Source: Casimicrobiaceae bacterium (GTDB taxonomy: Bacteria; Pseudomonadota; Gammaproteobacteria; Burkholderiales; Casimicrobiaceae). Taken from it: a DNA stretch of 64,000 nt. Numbering within the stretch: the stretch's first letter is position 1; every line of letters begins with the position of its first letter. The stretch spans positions 12,176 through 76,175 of the forward strand of contig DATMNH010000060.1 of the NCBI GenBank assembly GCA_035568975.1, read 5' to 3'. Below the pieces are notes generated by a model. It saw nothing but the letters and a program-made list of their open reading frames with translations, did no database searches and was not told where the DNA came from. Positions 52,869 to 61,685 of this stretch are shown piece by piece. The position numbers were made by a program, and so were the translations under genes.

Positions 52869-53933
52869 ATGAAACGACTCGCCCTGCTCCTGGCTTCACT
52901 GCTGGTCGCGATTCCCGCGGCCGCGAAGGACCAGCTCCATCTCTACAATTGGAACAATTACATCGCGCCCGAGACGGTCAAGCGCTTCGAGGACTTCTGC
53001 AAATGCGAAGTGGTCCAGACCTACTACTCGGACAACGAGGAGCTGCTGGCCAAGCTTGCCGCCGGCGCGAAGGGCTACGACATCCTGGTTCCGACCTCGA
53101 ACGCCGTCCAGGCGCTGATCAAGGGCGGACAGTTGAAGCCGATCGACAAGGCGCCGCTGCCCAACCTCAAGAACATCGACCCCGCCTACTTGAACACTGC
53201 GTTCGACCCGGGCAACAAGTACTCGGTGCCGTACGCGATGTCGCTGACGGTCATCGGATACAACGACCGGAAGATCAAGGAGCTCGGACTGCCGACCGAC
53301 ACCTGGGCGGTGGTTTTCGAGCCGAAGTATCTGGAGAAGATCAAGGGCCGAGTCACCGTGCTCGACAGCTCCAGCGAGCTTTTTGCGGCCGCCCTCAAGT
53401 ACCTCGGGTATTCGGCCAACGACGTCGACGAAGCGCACTGGAAGCAGGCCGCGGACTTGATCAAGAAAGCAAAGCCCTATTGGGCGGCATTCAATGCGTC
53501 GTCGTATATCAAGGAGCTGACCGTCGGCAACATCTGGCTGGTGCATGGATACTCCAACGACATCTTCCAGGCAAATCTCGACGCGGAGGCTGCCAAGCGT
53601 CCGTTTCATATCGTGCACGGTCTTCCCAAGGAAGGCGCGGTTCTGGCTGTCGACAACATGGTCATCCACAAGGACGCACCGCGGCCGGACCTCGCCCACA
53701 AGTTCATGAACTTCATGCTCGAAGGCAAGAACTCGGCCGAGCTCACCAACCTGATCGGCTCCGGCAACCCCAACATGGACGCGCTGCAATACATCAAACC
53801 CGAGATTCGAAAAAATCCGGCGATCTTCCCGGACAAGGCGATGGCTTCCAAGCTCGAGCAATTGAAGGACCTGACCACCGCGCAGCGGCGAGTGCGCAAC
53901 AGAATGTGGACCGAGATCAAGGCAGGGCGCTGA
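52869..53933 (+). CDS. potD: polyamine (spermidine/putrescine) periplasmic binding protein
   Basis: Signal peptide MKRLALLLASLLVAIPAAA, then LHLYNWNNYIAPETVKRFE, YDILVPTSN, VPYAMSLTVIGYN (PotD/PotF family). Confidence 0.85.
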   Translation: MKRLALLLASLLVAIPAAAKDQLHLYNWNNYIAPETVKRFEDFCKCEVVQTYYSDNEELLAKLAAGAKGYDILVPTSNAVQALIKGGQLKPIDKAPLPNLKNIDPAYLNTAFDPGNKYSVPYAMSLTVIGYNDRKIKELGLPTDTWAVVFEPKYLEKIKGRVTVLDSSSELFAAALKYLGYSANDVDEAHWKQAADLIKKAKPYWAAFNASSYIKELTVGNIWLVHGYSNDIFQANLDAEAAKRPFHIVHGLPKEGAVLAVDNMVIHKDAPRPDLAHKFMNFMLEGKNSAELTNLIGSGNPNMDALQYIKPEIRKNPAIFPDKAMASKLEQLKDLTTAQRRVRNRMWTEIKAGR

Positions 53934-53944
53934 ATGCCGGCTCG

Positions 53945-54490
53945 ATGACCGCTCCGCAGCCCAGGCTGTCGAATGCGCTGATCCTGGCGCTCCTTCGCGG
54001 CGAGCCTGCGGAGATGGCGGCACTGCAGTGCGTACTGGAGGCGGCGCCGGCGTACTACCAGAGCGCGACCGGAGCGCCGCCGTGCGGTGCGCTCGCACAG
54101 ACTATGTTCACCGCGCTCCCGCCGGAAAAGACCTACGATGACAAGTTCGTGTGGGGTCTGTACGCGGGCGACGCCATGATCGGCTGCGCCGATGTGATCC
54201 GCGGTTACCCTGTGCGAGACAAGGCGCTGATCGGTCTGCTGTTGCTGGCGGAGCCCTGGCAGCGGCGCGGTCTTGGGCGCGCGTTCGCAATGTTGGTCGA
54301 GCAGGCCATTGTGACGTGGAACGAGATCTCGACCTTGCGTCTGGGTGTGGCGGTTTCCAATCCCGGCGCATATATCTTCTGGCGCAAGATGGGATATCTC
54401 GAAACCGGCGAGATGAAGCGTGCCGGTCCCGACCTGATTGTCGACGCGATCATCATGGAAAAGCGGGCTTCCCGCGGCGGCCACCTGTGA
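53945..54490 (+). CDS. GNAT family N-acetyltransferase
   Basis: LLLLAEPWQRRGLGRAFAMLVEQ (Q/RxxGxG/A acetyl-CoA motif), FWRKMGYLETGE. Confidence 0.75.
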   Translation: MTAPQPRLSNALILALLRGEPAEMAALQCVLEAAPAYYQSATGAPPCGALAQTMFTALPPEKTYDDKFVWGLYAGDAMIGCADVIRGYPVRDKALIGLLLLAEPWQRRGLGRAFAMLVEQAIVTWNEISTLRLGVAVSNPGAYIFWRKMGYLETGEMKRAGPDLIVDAIIMEKRASRGGHL

Positions 54491-55086
54491 GCGATCTCAC
54501 CGTCAAGCGACTTACGCCCGCACTCGCGGGTGATTTTCTGCGCTTCTTCGATCACGAGCGCGGCGCGGCGTTCGCCGACAATCCGGAGTGGGCCAAGTGC
54601 TACTGTCACTTCTACCACGTGCCGCGGGCCATCGACTGGCCGGCGCTGACGGCTTCGCAGAATCGCACCGCCATGCAAGCGCGCATCGAGGTCGGCGCCA
54701 TGGACGGGTTTCTCGCCCTTGACGGTGCCGACGTGGTCGGGTGGCTTAACGCACAGCAAAGGGACGCGTTGCCGCATTGCTTCGACCGCATGCGCGTCGA
54801 TCCGACGCCTTTGCCGTGCGAAGCGTTCGAGGCGGCAGTCATCGTCTGCTTCGTGGTCGCGCCGCAAAGGCGCCGGCAAGGCGTCGCGCGCGCACTTCTC
54901 GCCGCGGCGCTCGCGTCTTTCGCCGCTCGCGGAATAAAGCTGGTCGACGCGTTCCCGTTCAAGACCGGCGCGAGCGAGCTTGCCGCAGATCACTACCACG
55001 GTTCGCTGTCCCTGTTTCTCGACCAGGGGTTCGAGGTGTTGCGCGAGGACGAGACGATGATCGCGGTACGCAAGATGCTGCGATGA
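54487..55086 (+). CDS. GNAT family N-acetyltransferase (second, unrelated sequence)
   Basis: GTG start in a GTGA overlap with the preceding gene. FVVAPQRRRQGVARALLAAAL acetyl-CoA motif. Confidence 0.7.
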   Translation: MSDLTVKRLTPALAGDFLRFFDHERGAAFADNPEWAKCYCHFYHVPRAIDWPALTASQNRTAMQARIEVGAMDGFLALDGADVVGWLNAQQRDALPHCFDRMRVDPTPLPCEAFEAAVIVCFVVAPQRRRQGVARALLAAALASFAARGIKLVDAFPFKTGASELAADHYHGSLSLFLDQGFEVLREDETMIAVRKMLR

Positions 55087-56177
55087 ACGCGGACGCCCGC
55101 TCCCGCGGCACGCGGCTTCCACAGTATTTCGCCATCCTCTATGGCCTGATGATCGTCTATGCGAGCCTGGAGCCTTTCTCCGGATGGATGGCGCCGCTGC
55201 CCGGCACGCCGTTTTTTCTATTTGCGCCATGGCCCGCGCGCTTTACCCGCTCCGACATCGCGATCAATGTCGTCGCCTATATCCCGTTCGGCTTCTTTGT
55301 TGCGCTGAGAGGCTGGCATACGCAGCCTGCCACACGATTTGCGATCGCGACCGCGATGGCGGCGCTGTTATCGGCGACCATGGAGACGACGCAGATGTTC
55401 CTGCCGTCGCGCGACGCGAGCACGTTCGATCTTGTTTCAAATACGGCTGGGGGCGCGCTCGGAGCCTTGGCGGCGCTTGTGGTCAATGGCACTCCGGGCC
55501 TGCGCGCACGCATCGCGCAATGGCGCGATCGCGTCTTTCTTGGAGGAAGGAGCGGCGACCTCGGCCTCGCGCTGCTGGGCATTTGGATGATGGCGCAGGT
55601 TAACCCCGGCATTCCCTTGTTTGCCGCGACTTTCGATCCCTCGCTGGAGCTGACCCGCGATCTGGCGGGCACACTGCTTCAGGCGGCACAAAGCGCGTTC
55701 AATGTGGTCGGCGTGGGATTGTTCCTTGCGCTGCTTCTGCATCAGCGCCGTTACCTCGGCGGCGCGGCGCTGGTGTTGATCGGCGTCGCCTTGATGCTGA
55801 AGGGCATCGCAGCGGCGGTACTGCTGCGATCAACCATGTGGGACAATTGGCTCAAGCCAGGCGTTACTCTTGGCGTCGCGGTCGGCGCGATCGCCTTGTT
55901 ATTGACGACGCGACTGTCTCGGCCCGTACGGACGACGCTGTGTGCCATCGCGCTCCTGTCGTCGCTGATTGCTCCGCTGCTCGCGCCCGACATGTGGCAG
56001 GCGCGCGCCCCACTGGCCTTGTTTCACTGGCCCTATGGCCACCTGCTCAATTTCAATGGATTGACGCATGCCGTGCTCGTGGTCTGGCCGGTGCTCGCGA
56101 GCTGTTACCTGATGTGGCTCGTGGGGCAGCCAGCGTGGGGGGAAAGTACGCTGCCGGACAAGGACATCGCACGCTGA
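55083..56177 (+). CDS. VanZ-like family membrane protein (extended C-terminal multi-TM region)
   Basis: ATGA overlap with the preceding gene. DIAINVVAYIPFGFF and FDLVSNTAGGALGA are VanZ-like motifs. About 10 predicted helices by eye. Confidence 0.65.
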   Translation: MNADARSRGTRLPQYFAILYGLMIVYASLEPFSGWMAPLPGTPFFLFAPWPARFTRSDIAINVVAYIPFGFFVALRGWHTQPATRFAIATAMAALLSATMETTQMFLPSRDASTFDLVSNTAGGALGALAALVVNGTPGLRARIAQWRDRVFLGGRSGDLGLALLGIWMMAQVNPGIPLFAATFDPSLELTRDLAGTLLQAAQSAFNVVGVGLFLALLLHQRRYLGGAALVLIGVALMLKGIAAAVLLRSTMWDNWLKPGVTLGVAVGAIALLLTTRLSRPVRTTLCAIALLSSLIAPLLAPDMWQARAPLALFHWPYGHLLNFNGLTHAVLVVWPVLASCYLMWLVGQPAWGESTLPDKDIAR

Positions 56178-56195
56178 ACACCCGGAGCGTTCGCG

Positions 56196-56201
56196 TATAA
56201 T
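56196..56201 (+). promoter_or_regulatory. candidate -10 box TATAAT (context GTATAATCCGCCG) upstream of the ferredoxin gene
   Basis: Read directly. It ends 22 nt upstream of ATG 56224. Confidence 0.3.
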
Positions 56202-56223
56202 CCGCCGTTCACCGTGCGCCCGA

Positions 56224-56532
56224 ATGAATTACTACAAACGCCACGTTTTCTTCTGTTGCAACCAGCGCGATCCGCCGGAAGCCTGCTGCAATAATCACGG
56301 CGCACGCGACATGCAGGCTTACGCGAAGCAGCGTATCAAGGAGCTGGGACAGAACGGCAAGGGCAAGATCCGGATCAACAAGGCCGGCTGTCTCGATCGC
56401 TGCGATGAGGGTCCGGTGATTGTGATTTATCCCGACGCAGTCTGGTACACCTACGTCGATCGGGACGACATCGACGAAATCATCGATTCGCACGTCATGC
56501 ACGGCCGCGTCGTCGACAGGCTGAAGATTTGA
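56224..56532 (+). CDS. thioredoxin-like [2Fe-2S] ferredoxin
   Basis: HVFFCCNQRD...CC...AGCLDRCDEGPVIVIYPDAVWY is a thioredoxin-like 2Fe-2S ferredoxin pattern. Confidence 0.8.
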   Translation: MNYYKRHVFFCCNQRDPPEACCNNHGARDMQAYAKQRIKELGQNGKGKIRINKAGCLDRCDEGPVIVIYPDAVWYTYVDRDDIDEIIDSHVMHGRVVDRLKI

Positions 56533-57137
56533 CCCGAGGCGAGCGCCGCAGCTCCGTCGCCGGCCCGGCAGGCACGCTCGAAGTCGCGCTCAATGTCCCC
56601 GATGGCGCGGTGCGAGGCATCGCGCTCATCGCGCATCCTCATCCGCTTCAGGGTGGGACGCTGGACAATAAGGTCGTGCAAACGCTGGCCAAAACCTTTG
56701 CCGCTCTGGGTTACGCCGCGACACGATTCAATTTTCGCGGCGTGGGCCTAAGCGAAGGCCAATTCGCCGACGGCATCGGCGAAACCGACGACGCGCTTGC
56801 CGCGCTGGCGGCCGCGAAGCTCGAGTTCGGCGAGCTGCCGGTCGTGCTCGCCGGATTTTCCTTTGGCTCGTACGTGCAAACTCGGGTAGCGCACGCGGTT
56901 GCCGCGGAGCGCATGGTGTTGATCGCCCCGGCGGTAAAGCGCTTCCCCATCGAGGCCGTGCCGCCCGATACGATCGTCATTCACGGCGATGAAGACGAGG
57001 TCGTCGCGCTTGCCGATGTGTTCGCGTGGGCGAGGCCGCAGCAATTGCCGATCATTGTCTTTCCCGGCTGCGGGCACTTTTTCCACGGCCGGCTGCCGCA
57101 GCTGCAGCGCGTGATCACCGGCATGTGGCAAAAATGA
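56529..57137 (+). CDS. alpha/beta hydrolase fold protein
   Basis: The TTG start overlaps the ferredoxin stop. Nucleophile elbow [18 protein letters not shown] and GCGHFFHG near the C-terminus. Confidence 0.7.
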   Translation: MTRGERRSSVAGPAGTLEVALNVPDGAVRGIALIAHPHPLQGGTLDNKVVQTLAKTFAALGYAATRFNFRGVGLSEGQFADGIGETDDALAALAAAKLEFGELPVVLAGFSFGSYVQTRVAHAVAAERMVLIAPAVKRFPIEAVPPDTIVIHGDEDEVVALADVFAWARPQQLPIIVFPGCGHFFHGRLPQLQRVITGMWQK

Positions 57138-58060
57138 GCGCGGCCGACGCGGTCGTGCTTTCCGTCGTCGGGCTCAGAAAATCGTACGGCGACAACGAGG
57201 TGGTGCGCGGGCTCGATTTTGCGATCGGCCGTGGCGAATGCTTCGGTCTGCTCGGACCCAACGGCGCGGGCAAGACGACGACCTTGCGTTGCTGTCTGGG
57301 CTTAACCGACCCGAATGCGGGCGCCATTACCCTGGTCGGCGAGCCGGTGCCCAAGGCGGCGCGTGAGGCGCGCGTCCGCGTCGGAGTCGTCCCGCAGATG
57401 GATAATCTCGATCCCGACTTCACGGTGGTCGAGAATTTGCGGATCTACGGCCGCTACTTCCGCATCCCCGACGCACTGCTCGATGAGCGCATTCCGCGCC
57501 TGCTCGAATTCGCGGGGCTTGTCACCAAGGGCTCTTCAAGCATCCGCACGCTGTCGGGCGGCATGAAGCGGCGGCTGACGCTGGCGCGCGCGCTGATCAA
57601 CGATCCCGAGCTTCTGATCCTCGACGAACCGACCACCGGCCTCGACCCGCAGGCGCGGCATCTGATCTGGGACGGGCTTCGGCAACTGCTCACGCAAGGC
57701 AAGACCATTCTGATCACGACTCACTTCATGGACGAGGCGGAGCGCTTGTGCACGCGATTGGCGGTGATCGATCACGGCCGCATGATCGCGTCCGATACCC
57801 CGCGGGCGCTGATCGCCGCGCATGTCGAGCCCGAAGTGATCGAAGTGTACGGCGACGAAGCGCGGGCGTGGGCGGATACGCGCGGAAGGCAGCTTGCCGA
57901 TCGCCTCGAGCTCGCCGGTGAGACCGCGTTCTGCTACGCGCGCGACGCGGCGCCGCTGCTGGCTGATCTCGCCGGACAGACTAGCGTCCGCTACCTGCAC
58001 CGTCCGGCGAATCTCGAAGACCTCTTTATCAAGCTTACCGGGCGCGAACTGCGCGATTGA
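57134..58060 (+). CDS. ABC-2 type exporter ATP-binding protein (NodI-like)
   Basis: ATGA overlap with the hydrolase gene. [48 protein letters not shown]. Confidence 0.85.
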   Translation: MSAADAVVLSVVGLRKSYGDNEVVRGLDFAIGRGECFGLLGPNGAGKTTTLRCCLGLTDPNAGAITLVGEPVPKAAREARVRVGVVPQMDNLDPDFTVVENLRIYGRYFRIPDALLDERIPRLLEFAGLVTKGSSSIRTLSGGMKRRLTLARALINDPELLILDEPTTGLDPQARHLIWDGLRQLLTQGKTILITTHFMDEAERLCTRLAVIDHGRMIASDTPRALIAAHVEPEVIEVYGDEARAWADTRGRQLADRLELAGETAFCYARDAAPLLADLAGQTSVRYLHRPANLEDLFIKLTGRELRD

Positions 58061-58141
58061 ATCGGCACTGCGGGGAAGACAGGGCGCGTCACGCTCGTCC
58101 GTACGCGAACGCCGATGAATTTGCGGCAGCGGAATTCGACC

Positions 58142-59128
58142 CTACAAATCGAACACGCGCCGGGCGTTTCGCCCGCGCACCTTGTCGCGCGCGGGGCCGG
58201 CGAGCCCATCGACCCGCTTGAGGCAACCCGGCATGTCGCCAATCGTGTGCGGATAGTCCGAGCCGTAAATCACGTTGTCGGCGCCAAATGTCTTTACGCA
58301 CAACTCGAGCACGTCCGGCGAGAAGACCACCGCGTCGGCGTAGATCCTGGGTAGATACTCCGAGGGACGCGCTGAAATCTTTTCGCGGCACGCTGGAATA
58401 TTGTCGAAGCACTGGTCCATGCGCGAGATCAGGTAGGGGAGCGCCCCGCCTCCGTGCCCGGCGATGATCTTGAGCGTCGGATAGCGGTCGAAAAACCCGT
58501 CGTAGATCATGCGCGCGACCGCCAGCGAGGTATCGAAGGTAAAGCCGATCGACGCGGTGAGCTGAAAGCGGGTCATATCCATGTCGGCGACGCCAGGAGG
58601 CGCGGTCGGATGGACGAGCGCCGGCAGCGCATGAGCATCGATCGCGCGCCAGATCGACGCGAACGCGGGATCGGTCAGCGATTTTCCGTCGATATTGGCC
58701 AGCACCATCACCCCCGACGCGCCGGCGGCGACCGCGCGTTCCAGCTCGGTGAGTGCGAGACCCTCGTACTGCCAGGGCAACGAAGCGAACCACCGCAGCC
58801 GATCGGGATGAGCAGTCCGCGCGGCAGCCATGTCGTCGTTCATGATGCGCGCCGCCTCGAGGCTTATGTCCGGGCCGCCCCAATAGCAGTTCGGACAGGT
58901 CAGCGACACGATGCAGATATCGACGCCATGTTCGTTCATCGTCGCGAGGCGCAGAGCGTAGTCGAACATGGCAGGAACCGGCGTCATGAAGGGCGCGCCA
59001 TCGAGATGGATCGCGCGCAAGCCTCCACGGACCTGCTCGACGGTGTAGCGCGGCGACCCGTGTAGCTGCAGAAGACGAAACCACGCTTCGGTGAGGCAGT
59101 GGGTGTGGACGTCGATGACCGTGCTCAT
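58142..59128 (-). CDS. amidohydrolase-2 (ACMSD-like) family metal-dependent hydrolase/decarboxylase
   Basis: VIDVHTHC (HxH), LVHPTAPPG, IIAGHGGGALPY, YGSDYPH. Confidence 0.8.
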   Translation of the reverse strand: MSTVIDVHTHCLTEAWFRLLQLHGSPRYTVEQVRGGLRAIHLDGAPFMTPVPAMFDYALRLATMNEHGVDICIVSLTCPNCYWGGPDISLEAARIMNDDMAAARTAHPDRLRWFASLPWQYEGLALTELERAVAAGASGVMVLANIDGKSLTDPAFASIWRAIDAHALPALVHPTAPPGVADMDMTRFQLTASIGFTFDTSLAVARMIYDGFFDRYPTLKIIAGHGGGALPYLISRMDQCFDNIPACREKISARPSEYLPRIYADAVVFSPDVLELCVKTFGADNVIYGSDYPHTIGDMPGCLKRVDGLAGPARDKVRGRNARRVFDL

Positions 59129-59183
59129 GGGTTCCGCTCCGCGCGCTCTTTGCTTCCTGTGCGCTCTGTGGACAGGCTCTGCA

Positions 59184-60188
59184 TCAATCGACCTTTGCTC
59201 CGGAATCCTTGATCGCCTTCGCCCATCGCGGCTGCTCCGCCGCAATCGTGGCGGCAAATTGTTCAGGGCTGTGCGGCGCGAATGGCTCCATGCCGAATTT
59301 GAACAATTGCTCCTTGAACTCCTGCGTCTCCTGAATTCGCTGCAGCAGCACCGAGAGTCGCGCGATGATCTCTCTGGGCGTGCCGGCCGGCGCGACTATC
59401 CCCTGCCAAGCCTGCCAATCGAAGCCGGGTACCGTGGCGGCGATCGGCGGCACGTTTGGCAGCAGCGTGGTGGGCTTGGCCGCGGATGTTCCCAAGGCGA
59501 TCACTTTGCCTGCGAGGATATTCGGCACCGCGACGGTTGCGTCGGCGAACATCACCTGTATCGCTCCGCTCAAAAGATCGGTCAGCGCCGCCGGAGTCCC
59601 CTTGTACGGGACGTGCTGGATCTCGAGCCCGTATTCGGTCTTGAGCGATTCCATGAAAAGCTGATGCGGGCTGCCGTTGCCGACCGACGCATAGTTGTAC
59701 TTGCCCGGATTGCGCTTGATCGCATCGATCATTTCGTGGACGTTTCTTGCCGGAAATTGGGGAGAGGCGATCAGGAAAAAATTCACCGAGCCAACCTGGG
59801 AAATGGGCGCGAAGTCCTTGACTGGATTGATCGGCGAAGGCTGGTACAAGGCGGGACTGATGCCCAGCGTGGTGCTGGTCGCCATCAGCAGTGTGTAGCC
59901 ATCGGCAGGCTGCTTGGCGACGAACTCGGCCCCGACAAGCGTCCCGGCGCCGGGCTTGTTGTCGACGATCACCGGCTGCCTGAGACTCGCTCCCAGCCTT
60001 TCGCCGATAGTTCGCGCCAGCAGGTCGGTCAGCGCGCCGGGCGGATAGGGCACGACCAGGTGGACAGGGCGGTCGGGATAGCTTGATTGCGCCATCGCCG
60101 CGCTCACGCACATCAAAGAGGCGACCAGCGCACAAGCGACCCGTTTGAATTTTCCGGCCAATTGGATCTTATCCCTGGAACAGCTCAT
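59184..60188 (-). CDS. Bug family (TctC-like) tripartite tricarboxylate transporter substrate-binding protein
   Basis: Signal peptide ...LMCVSAAMAQ, then SYPDRPVHLVVPYPPGALTDLLARTIG, VDNKPGAGTLVGAE, VPYKGTPAALTDLLSG. Confidence 0.85.
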   Translation of the reverse strand: MSCSRDKIQLAGKFKRVACALVASLMCVSAAMAQSSYPDRPVHLVVPYPPGALTDLLARTIGERLGASLRQPVIVDNKPGAGTLVGAEFVAKQPADGYTLLMATSTTLGISPALYQPSPINPVKDFAPISQVGSVNFFLIASPQFPARNVHEMIDAIKRNPGKYNYASVGNGSPHQLFMESLKTEYGLEIQHVPYKGTPAALTDLLSGAIQVMFADATVAVPNILAGKVIALGTSAAKPTTLLPNVPPIAATVPGFDWQAWQGIVAPAGTPREIIARLSVLLQRIQETQEFKEQLFKFGMEPFAPHSPEQFAATIAAEQPRWAKAIKDSGAKVD

Positions 60189-60477
60189 CAAATCGGCTCG
60201 AAGTGACCGAACATATTCTGGAACTCCGCTAGGTTGGCCGGAGTCTCGTACCAGCACACGGCTTCGAATTGCTTCCACAGGTCGAGGACCGCTATGGCGG
60301 CCGTATCGTAATGGTCTGCTCCACCAATTCGTTCGGCGTATAGAGCGTATCAGACACACCCGTCGCCCTACCAGCGTGATCCCGCGAATGGCTGCCAGGA
60401 GCCGGCGCCGCTCGCGCTATACTCGCCGCGTTCGACTTTTCGCCGCTCGAATCGTGACTTCCGCCGCGTTGCTACGC

Positions 60478-61242
60478 ATGCCCGAGTTGTCCCTGCGCTG
60501 GTTGCCGGTCTGGCGCCGCAATCTGCTTGTCTGGCGTAAGCTCGCGATCGCGTCGGTGCTCGGTAATATCGCCGATCCGCTCCTGTACATGCTGGCTCTG
60601 GGCTACGGCATCGGCAGCTTCATCCCCGAAATCGGCGGCATCAAGTACATCGCGTTTATCGGCACCGGCATGGTATGCCAGAGCGCGATGTTCACCGCGT
60701 CGTTCGAAGCGATGTACTCGGCATTTTCCCGCATGCACATGCAAAGGACATGGGAAGCGATCATCAACGCACCGCTGTCGCTCGACGACGTTCTTTTCGC
60801 CGAGTGGATGTGGGCCGCGAGCAAGAGCGTCATATCGGTACTGGCGATCCTGGCCGTGATTATGGTTCTGGGTTATGGCCACTCCTGGCTCGCGGTCTGG
60901 GTTCTGCCGCTCGGGTTCATGATCGGAATGACCTTCGGCGCGTTCGGGCTGGTGATGAACTCGCTCGCGCCCGGCTACGACTTCTTCACCTATTTTTTCA
61001 CGCTGGTGTTGACGCCCACCCTGCTACTCTCCGGTGTATTTTTTCCGGTCGACCAAATGCCGGCGACTCTGCGCGTAGCTGCCGCGATTCTTCCACTGTC
61101 GCACGCGATCGATATCGCGCGGCCGCTGCTCGCGGGCAACGTACCGGACAATATCATCCTGCATATCGCGGTGCTGCTCGCCTATGCATGCGCTGCCTAC
61201 TACGTCGCGCTGGTGCTGACGAGGCGACGCCTCCTGCGCTGA
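60478..61242 (+). CDS. ABC-2 type exporter permease (NodJ-like)
   Basis: LRWLPVWRRNLLVWRKLAIASVLGNIADPLLYMLALGYGIG resembles the NodJ N-terminus. Six TM helices. Start could be slightly upstream. Confidence 0.8.
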   Translation: MPELSLRWLPVWRRNLLVWRKLAIASVLGNIADPLLYMLALGYGIGSFIPEIGGIKYIAFIGTGMVCQSAMFTASFEAMYSAFSRMHMQRTWEAIINAPLSLDDVLFAEWMWAASKSVISVLAILAVIMVLGYGHSWLAVWVLPLGFMIGMTFGAFGLVMNSLAPGYDFFTYFFTLVLTPTLLLSGVFFPVDQMPATLRVAAAILPLSHAIDIARPLLAGNVPDNIILHIAVLLAYACAAYYVALVLTRRRLLR

Positions 61243-61253
61243 AGAAGAACGCA

Positions 61254-61670
61254 ATGCTCTGGGTAAAATCGCTGCACATCGTGTTCATGGTGACTTGGTT
61301 CGCCGGACTGTTCTATCTTCCGCGCCTGTTCGTCTATCACGCGCAGGCACACGACGCGATAGGCATCGAACGCTTCAAGCTGATGGAGCGCAAGCTCTAC
61401 TTCGGCATCATGACCCCGGGCGCGGTGCTGACCGTCGCGTTCGGCCTATGGCTCTGGCTTGGTTACGGCATTTCAGGCGGCTGGCTTTATGCCAAGCTTG
61501 CCCTGGTCGCGATTCTGGTGGCGCACCATATCTGGCTCGGCAAGCTGATGCTGGACTTTCGCCACGACCGCAATCGACACAGCGACCTCTTTTATCGCTG
61601 GATCAACGAGATTCCCGCGCTGCCGGTGCTGGTCGGCGCGGTGCTGCTGGTTGTCTTCAAGCCGTTTTAG
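61254..61670 (+). CDS. hemJ: protoporphyrinogen IX oxidase HemJ (UPF0093/CopD-like)
   Basis: MLWVKSLHIVFMVTWFAGLFYLPRLFVYH...LMERKLYFGIMTPGAVLTV...YAKLALV. Confidence 0.85.
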   Translation: MLWVKSLHIVFMVTWFAGLFYLPRLFVYHAQAHDAIGIERFKLMERKLYFGIMTPGAVLTVAFGLWLWLGYGISGGWLYAKLALVAILVAHHIWLGKLMLDFRHDRNRHSDLFYRWINEIPALPVLVGAVLLVVFKPF

Positions 61671-61685
61671 AGCGCGCTCTCGCCG

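Noticed and set aside
60189-60477. A pseudogene remnant or small ORF in the 290-nt lower-GC spacer before the NodJ-like gene.
   Set aside because: Translations in all frames gave no recognisable fragment. The ORF extensions of both flanking genes into it are Arg-rich and implausible.
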